DNA of 58,693 nt, taken from IMG/VR virus record IMGVR_UViG_3300036900_000119, positions 1 to 58,693 of that record; one strand, 5' to 3'. Position 1 is the first letter of the stretch. Every line of letters starts with the position of its first letter. Position numbers and translations under genes: made by a program. Below, piece after piece: positions 54,456-58,693 of this stretch. The notes under the pieces were generated by a model. The model searched no databases, was not told the DNA's origin, and saw only the letters and a list, made by a program, of their open reading frames with translations. The stretch is from a virus. Lineage: Duplodnaviria; Caudoviricetes.

Positions 54456-54686
54456 ATGACCATCGCAATAGACACGGAGCTGTGGGACCGTTGCACGAAA
54501 TTGATTGCCAGTGGATCTCTTCCCTCCAACGTGGACTCAGAGCTTCGGGACCGAATGACCGCTTACGCCGCGACGTGCTGGGTGGGGAAAGGCAAAAGGA
54601 AGTTGTCGAGAGTGCAGATCGAACGATTTCAAGAGTGTGAGGCGATTATGCGGAATATCTCGAAAGACGCTCGATCTTCACAATAG
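54456..54686 (+). CDS. Hypothetical protein
   Basis: 76 aa at end of operon. Confidence 0.5.
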   Translation: MTIAIDTELWDRCTKLIASGSLPSNVDSELRDRMTAYAATCWVGKGKRKLSRVQIERFQECEAIMRNISKDARSSQ

Positions 54687-55005
54687 TCCCTTCATCGTGC
54701 CCCGCTAAGACTTGCCCGTAGATGAATCGGATGCGCTTGTCGCCGTCGTCGATCCTAAGCCATTCTGCTATGGCGTCCCTCAGAGCTTTGTTTCCGGCTT
54801 CGCTGTTATCGTCGTCTTGAATGCGGTAGCGGCAGGAGATGATTGACACGCGGTATTCCACGCCAGCTTGGCGACTATGTTCTGCTGGTGCGTCTTTTTC
54901 CAGTGCTGGCGCAGTGTTTTGTTCGCGCTTTGACCCACCCACGGCACCCACACCAGCAGCACGTTTGCGTTGCCATTCGGCATATTGCTCGCTTGTCCAG
55001 CGCAT
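54646..55005 (-). CDS. RusA-like resolvase/endonuclease
   Basis: R..D.DN...G.KA.RDAI....IDD. Confidence 0.62.
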   Translation of the reverse strand: MRWTSEQYAEWQRKRAAGVGAVGGSKREQNTAPALEKDAPAEHSRQAGVEYRVSIISCRYRIQDDDNSEAGNKALRDAIAEWLRIDDGDKRIRFIYGQVLAGHDEGTIVKIERLSRYSA

Positions 55006-55254
55006 CTAAGCAACCTTTGGGAGTTCAGGTTGATCGACCTTAGGCTTTCGTTTCTTAGGGACCCCGCGAGCCTTCGGGCGCGACGAATCGTTGAGCGTCA
55101 GGATGGCTAGGATGGCATCCTTATCCTCTACGATGTCTGCCGCTTTTATCGGCTCCCCAAGCAGAGCCGCTATTTCAACTGTTTGCGCCTCGGCTAACGT
55201 GCTGTAGCACTTTCCATCGCTTGCCTTGTATGATCTCTCGTAGGTGATTGCCAT
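55006..55254 (-). CDS. Hypothetical protein
   Basis: Y.ASDGK.Y.TL.EAQ; basic tail. Confidence 0.65.
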   Translation of the reverse strand: MAITYERSYKASDGKCYSTLAEAQTVEIAALLGEPIKAADIVEDKDAILAILTLNDSSRPKARGVPKKRKPKVDQPELPKVA

Positions 55255-55262
55255 AATTTTGT

Positions 55263-55427
55263 TTACCGTCGTTTTAACCAAAGCTTCCTCTTCTCCCGCA
55301 GCCGTTGCATCCCCAGCCTCGCCATATCCCGATTGATCTGCGCCCACGTCGGAGCGTGCGGATTGAACGAGATCCAGCCATGTTCTAAGGCTACGCGCAC
55401 GATGGCTTGTGCTTCCTCGGTGGTCAC
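55263..55427 (-). CDS. Hypothetical protein
   Basis: GTG start after GGAGAC; MTTEEAQAIV. Confidence 0.5.
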   Translation of the reverse strand: MTTEEAQAIVRVALEHGWISFNPHAPTWAQINRDMARLGMQRLREKRKLWLKRR

Positions 55428-55591
55428 GTCTCCTCCAACACGGACACCAGATCTAAGCGCGCCTTGTGCCGTTTGTTCCACGGTATCTTGCACCACGCCC
55501 TACGCTGATCTCGCAGTGTTCCCCCGCTGCGTTGCGGGTCGATGTGGTTCACGGCTTTACGAATGAGTCTGCACGTTTTCTGGTTCATAAA

Positions 55592-56032
55592 TTAGCCGAC
55601 TGCTTGCCTGAGTTTCTCCAGTGCGCTCTTGACGTATTCAGATGCGGGCTTTGATGCATCACCCACCTGCGCGCATTGCGGGCACGCTAAGGGCCTAGCC
55701 TGCGCCACCACGCGGTCTTTGGGCGAAGGTTGGGGTTTGGTGTTGCGACGTTCGGCCAACGCCGTCGAATGCTCATCCTGAAATGTCTGCAAGTCTCCAA
55801 TGAGTGTGCGCCACTTGAGCGCCCCCTCGCGGCGGTGCCCTTCCCGAATGCCGCGCTTGATCCACAAAATCGTTTCCTCAAGGTTGATAAGCGTGAAACC
55901 AGCATCAAGGAAGGCTTTCCACCCTTGCTCGCGGCCAGTAACTACGCCCGATGATTGGAACGCCCTGTCCGTGAGCTTTTGGAACGCGAGGTCCAATCGG
56001 TCGATGGCAAGCTGTAGTTCTGGAGTAGGCAT
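55592..56032 (-). CDS. Hypothetical protein, possible replication-associated protein
   Basis: Helical; located in the recombination/replication operon. Confidence 0.55.
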   Translation of the reverse strand: MPTPELQLAIDRLDLAFQKLTDRAFQSSGVVTGREQGWKAFLDAGFTLINLEETILWIKRGIREGHRREGALKWRTLIGDLQTFQDEHSTALAERRNTKPQPSPKDRVVAQARPLACPQCAQVGDASKPASEYVKSALEKLRQAVG

Positions 56033-56114
56033 AAGGTTAAACGGGGCTTCCGGTAATCAGGATGCACATCCCGGCGCGACGGTGGTATTAGCAAGCGCCC
56101 ACTGCCCCGCAAAA

Positions 56115-56798
56115 TTAGCTTGGCATCATGCTCTCGTGCTCTTGTTGAGGTTTCGGATTCTGAGCCTTCCAGTCGCGCCCTGGACCACCGTTAAGCTTAA
56201 CCAGATGCGCCGTAGCTGACTCGATCATTTTCAGCAGCGTGCTCACGCAAAATGCGATGTTGGTTTGGATCTCATCGTCCCTCTGAACTTCAAGCAGCAG
56301 CATTGGGAAGTGGCGGCGGTAACTCAAGAAACGCCACGATTTACGCCCGGTCACGAACATTGACGCATGGACTTGCTGAACGTAATCGCTCGGAACCTCG
56401 CCTTGGAGCAAGTATTTCGTGTGAACCTCAGCCGTTGGGCATTTGATCTCAATGCCGGAATCTTCGCCGATTAAGCCGTCTGGAGAGCACCCAACCTGTC
56501 CTGTATCGTCGGTGATGAACGCCACGCGCTGCACCTGCACCCCTGTCTCAAACTCAAAAGCCGGTATCGCTTCTTCCTCTCGGAACTTTCCAAAGTCCAT
56601 GTCGATGCTGTTGAACCCTGGAAGCGGTCCCGACCAACGCTCGGCCACTTTGCGGGCGATGTAGCTCTTAATCATTTGCCCTTTGCGAAGCTCGAAGTCC
56701 GTTGTCAGGAAGCAATCAAACTCGCTTGCCGTGACCACACCCGCTCTTGCGCTCAACCATTCGAGCGAGTTTTGTCCGAACCCGGTGTGGATCTTCAT
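56115..56798 (-). CDS. YqaJ/lambda exonuclease family protein
   Basis: Q.S.EW...R.G..TAS; G...E; GCSPDGL; EIKCP; Y..QV. Confidence 0.93.
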   Translation of the reverse strand: MKIHTGFGQNSLEWLSARAGVVTASEFDCFLTTDFELRKGQMIKSYIARKVAERWSGPLPGFNSIDMDFGKFREEEAIPAFEFETGVQVQRVAFITDDTGQVGCSPDGLIGEDSGIEIKCPTAEVHTKYLLQGEVPSDYVQQVHASMFVTGRKSWRFLSYRRHFPMLLLEVQRDDEIQTNIAFCVSTLLKMIESATAHLVKLNGGPGRDWKAQNPKPQQEHESMMPS

Positions 56799-57541
56799 CG
56801 GCCTGCCCGTTCCTTTCTGGAAAGCAGCGAATCGAGGATCTCGTATTTGGTGGCGGCAATGTCCGCGAATGTCTCGGAACTGGCCAATTTGAGGAACGCT
56901 GCCCGGTCACTGTTAGTTTCAGAAACGCGCCGTTCAAGCTCGTCGGCCTGTTCTGGTGTGATCTTGCCGCCCATCATGCCAGCGTCATCCTCTTGACGCC
57001 TGACGATGTTGAGCGCATCACAGAATGCCTCGCGCTGCGCTACCGTGCCGGCCGATGAGTCGGCTTGGGTGGTTGTTGCTCCCGGTGGACCGCTCCCGAT
57101 TCTAACCGTGAACTCGTTGGTGAAGGCGTGGCCGTCGTCGTGAGTCAGAACGCACGAAACTGTTTCCCGATCTGCTTCGAGGCGCTGAGAGAATCGGACG
57201 CTGAACCCGTATTTCGTGAGCAGCGGTTGAGCCTGAGCCATGATCTGCTCGTACTTGGCATACTTGTAACGGACCTCCCCGTTGCGCCCAGGCACGGCTT
57301 GCATCGCCACGATCTGCTTCGCCTCGGCCTGCATCTCGCGCAACGCTTGGCTCGCGCTTCTGGCGCTTTTCCTGTCCTCCATGCGCTCGTAGAGCATGAC
57401 GATCTCTTTGACCGCATTGACATTCTCAGCGGTGACGCCCTTCTCGATCACAGCTTGGAGCATGTCGGCCACCACTGGCTCACGACGAGCTGGAACTTCT
57501 GCATCCAACCGTTGCACCGCCTGCTTTGCGTCCATGCTCAT
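56795..57541 (-). CDS. ERF family ssDNA-annealing protein
   Basis: YKYA..E.I......L.K.G....F...CVL.H..GH; Q...SA.T...R; paired with exonuclease. Confidence 0.82.
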   Translation of the reverse strand: MSMDAKQAVQRLDAEVPARREPVVADMLQAVIEKGVTAENVNAVKEIVMLYERMEDRKSARSASQALREMQAEAKQIVAMQAVPGRNGEVRYKYAKYEQIMAQAQPLLTKYGFSVRFSQRLEADRETVSCVLTHDDGHAFTNEFTVRIGSGPPGATTTQADSSAGTVAQREAFCDALNIVRRQEDDAGMMGGKITPEQADELERRVSETNSDRAAFLKLASSETFADIAATKYEILDSLLSRKERAGR

Positions 57542-57729
57542 ACCGTCGCCTCCAACACCTTCGAGAGCTGCTCAATGCAACCGCCGTAAGTGTTCATGTA
57601 GGCCCACGACACTTGCCCGCTTTCAGAGTTTTCCTTGCCTTTGGAAACAAGCATAGCGTAATTTTCTCTGTGCATGTCACGGAGGCGTTTTCAATCGTTC
57701 AAGAGTGGCTCAAAATCGGATTGGCTCAT
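57538..57729 (-). pseudogene. Small gene interrupted by an in-frame TGA
   Basis: MSQSDFEPLLND*KRLRDMHRENY...EATV; ATGA overlaps at both ends; TGA at 57693-57691. Confidence 0.6.
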
Positions 57730-57950
57730 ACGACACCTTCCTTCTTCATTTCCTTGAGCATGTTAAGCCGGTTCCATTCCTTGCACCACGCCTCGCGGGC
57801 GTGCTCGTATGGCTTTTGCAACTCTTCGAGTTCCTTGGCGCGCAGCGTCACGACTTCGTAGAGCATTTTCTCGCGTGCGGCGCACAGCTCGATTTTCTCA
57901 TCGAGCGATTTCGGTTGCACCTGATCCGGTGCGGGTGTATCAGTGTTCAT
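57726..57950 (-). CDS. Hypothetical coiled-coil protein
   Basis: MNTDTPAP...; A/C-rich leader. Confidence 0.62.
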   Translation of the reverse strand: MNTDTPAPDQVQPKSLDEKIELCAAREKMLYEVVTLRAKELEELQKPYEHAREAWCKEWNRLNMLKEMKKEGVV

Positions 57951-58003
57951 AGTGGTTTGGTTTAGCCCCGGTGCGTGCCGGGACATTTTTGTTTCTACTT
58001 ATT

Positions 58004-58567
58004 TTATGTTTGCATTGCTGGTTTGTAGTCTTCCTCTTTTTGTCCGAAAGTCCACGCAACGGCCTGCTTTGCCCGTTGCATATCTGGCGGAACAAATAAG
58101 AAGTAGTCCTTGAACGACCCGTCAGGCTCAGGCGTGGAATTGATAACCTTCACGACCTTACGGTCGGCAGAAGGAATCGAATATAACACCCCGAAGTCAT
58201 CGGAGTGATCCTGCTTGGCTTGCGCTTCATCCAGCAACCGCGCTGCTCCAACACGCTGAATCATCACTTGCCGAATCTCTTGGTTCTGCTCGTTTTGGAT
58301 TTCGGGCCACTTGAGCTTTTCTGGCTTCATAATTATCTGCTTTGGCACGCGAACTCCATGCCAAGCGTAAATCTCCCACCCATCCGGGTAAGCGACGGCA
58401 GGACCGTTCTCACAGTGGATGCGATTGCGTGTGTCTTGTTTTACGCAACTTGTCCGATCACTAATCCAGCATAACTTATCGTGAGGTAAAAACCATCCAG
58501 CCGACTCGGTTACAGCCGTCAATCCTTTCAGTTTTTTGGTCTCGTTTTCGAGTGCGCAAACCTCTCG
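58004..58567 (-). CDS. DUF6745-like protein, 3' part
   Basis: IHCENGPAVAYPDGW.IYAWHGV; V.NSTPEPDGS.K.Y.L.VPP...AVAWTFG. Confidence 0.88.
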   Translation of the reverse strand, partial: REVCALENETKKLKGLTAVTESAGWFLPHDKLCWISDRTSCVKQDTRNRIHCENGPAVAYPDGWEIYAWHGVRVPKQIIMKPEKLKWPEIQNEQNQEIRQVMIQRVGAARLLDEAQAKQDHSDDFGVLYSIPSADRKVVKVINSTPEPDGSFKDYFLFVPPDMQRAKQAVAWTFGQKEEDYKPAMQT

Positions 58568-58693
58568 AAAAAAAGCATAGAACCCAATCCAGTTCGCATC
58601 GTGTTGCCCGTATACGCTGTCCCGAACGCTGTCCCAAACGCTGGCCCCAACGCTGGCCCAAACGCTGTCCCCAACGCTGTCCCGAACGCTGTC
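58568..58693. repeat. Terminal direct repeat (assembly overlap), copy 2
   Basis: Identical to 1-126. Confidence 0.95.

Noticed and set aside
56041-56110. tRNA gene
   Set aside because: No TTCRA T-loop, canonical anticodon arm or CCA end
57691-57693. Genome-wide TGA recoding
   Set aside because: Many genes end in TGA with ATGA coupling, and long genes are intact under the standard code
58568-58693. Biological terminal repeat
   Set aside because: It falls inside a gene beside a tandem array, and 126 bp fits a k-mer assembly overlap

Overview
This window is an apparently complete, circularly assembled ~58.6 kb tailed-phage genome: bases 1-126 repeat exactly at 58568-58693 and one gene reads in frame across the join. 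The virion module looks podovirus-like (terminase large subunit, long portal, scaffold, major capsid, adaptor, nozzle, ejection proteins, fibres). It also encodes Erf/YqaJ recombination, replication-initiator-like proteins, an RNA ligase, ArdC-like and ASCH proteins, and two free-standing HNH endonucleases. I recognise no integrase, DNA polymerase, helicase or classical endolysin. The host is inferred to be Gram-negative, plausibly Verrucomicrobiota. The most unusual signal is that several fibre/spike-type proteins and an intact subtilase inside the morphogenesis operons carry Sec-type signal peptides and Thr-Asn enrichment; two of them follow genes bearing a candidate docking peptide. A glycosyltransferase/methyltransferase cassette and a cluster of exported proteins, including a PEP-CTERM protein, accompany them. 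Together these suggest exported, possibly glycosylated appendages added to the virion outside the cytoplasm. Candidate regulatory elements include leaderless sigma54 promoters with palindromic operators, a C4-like antisense RNA and several structured leaders. All calls come from motif recognition by eye; no searches were run.
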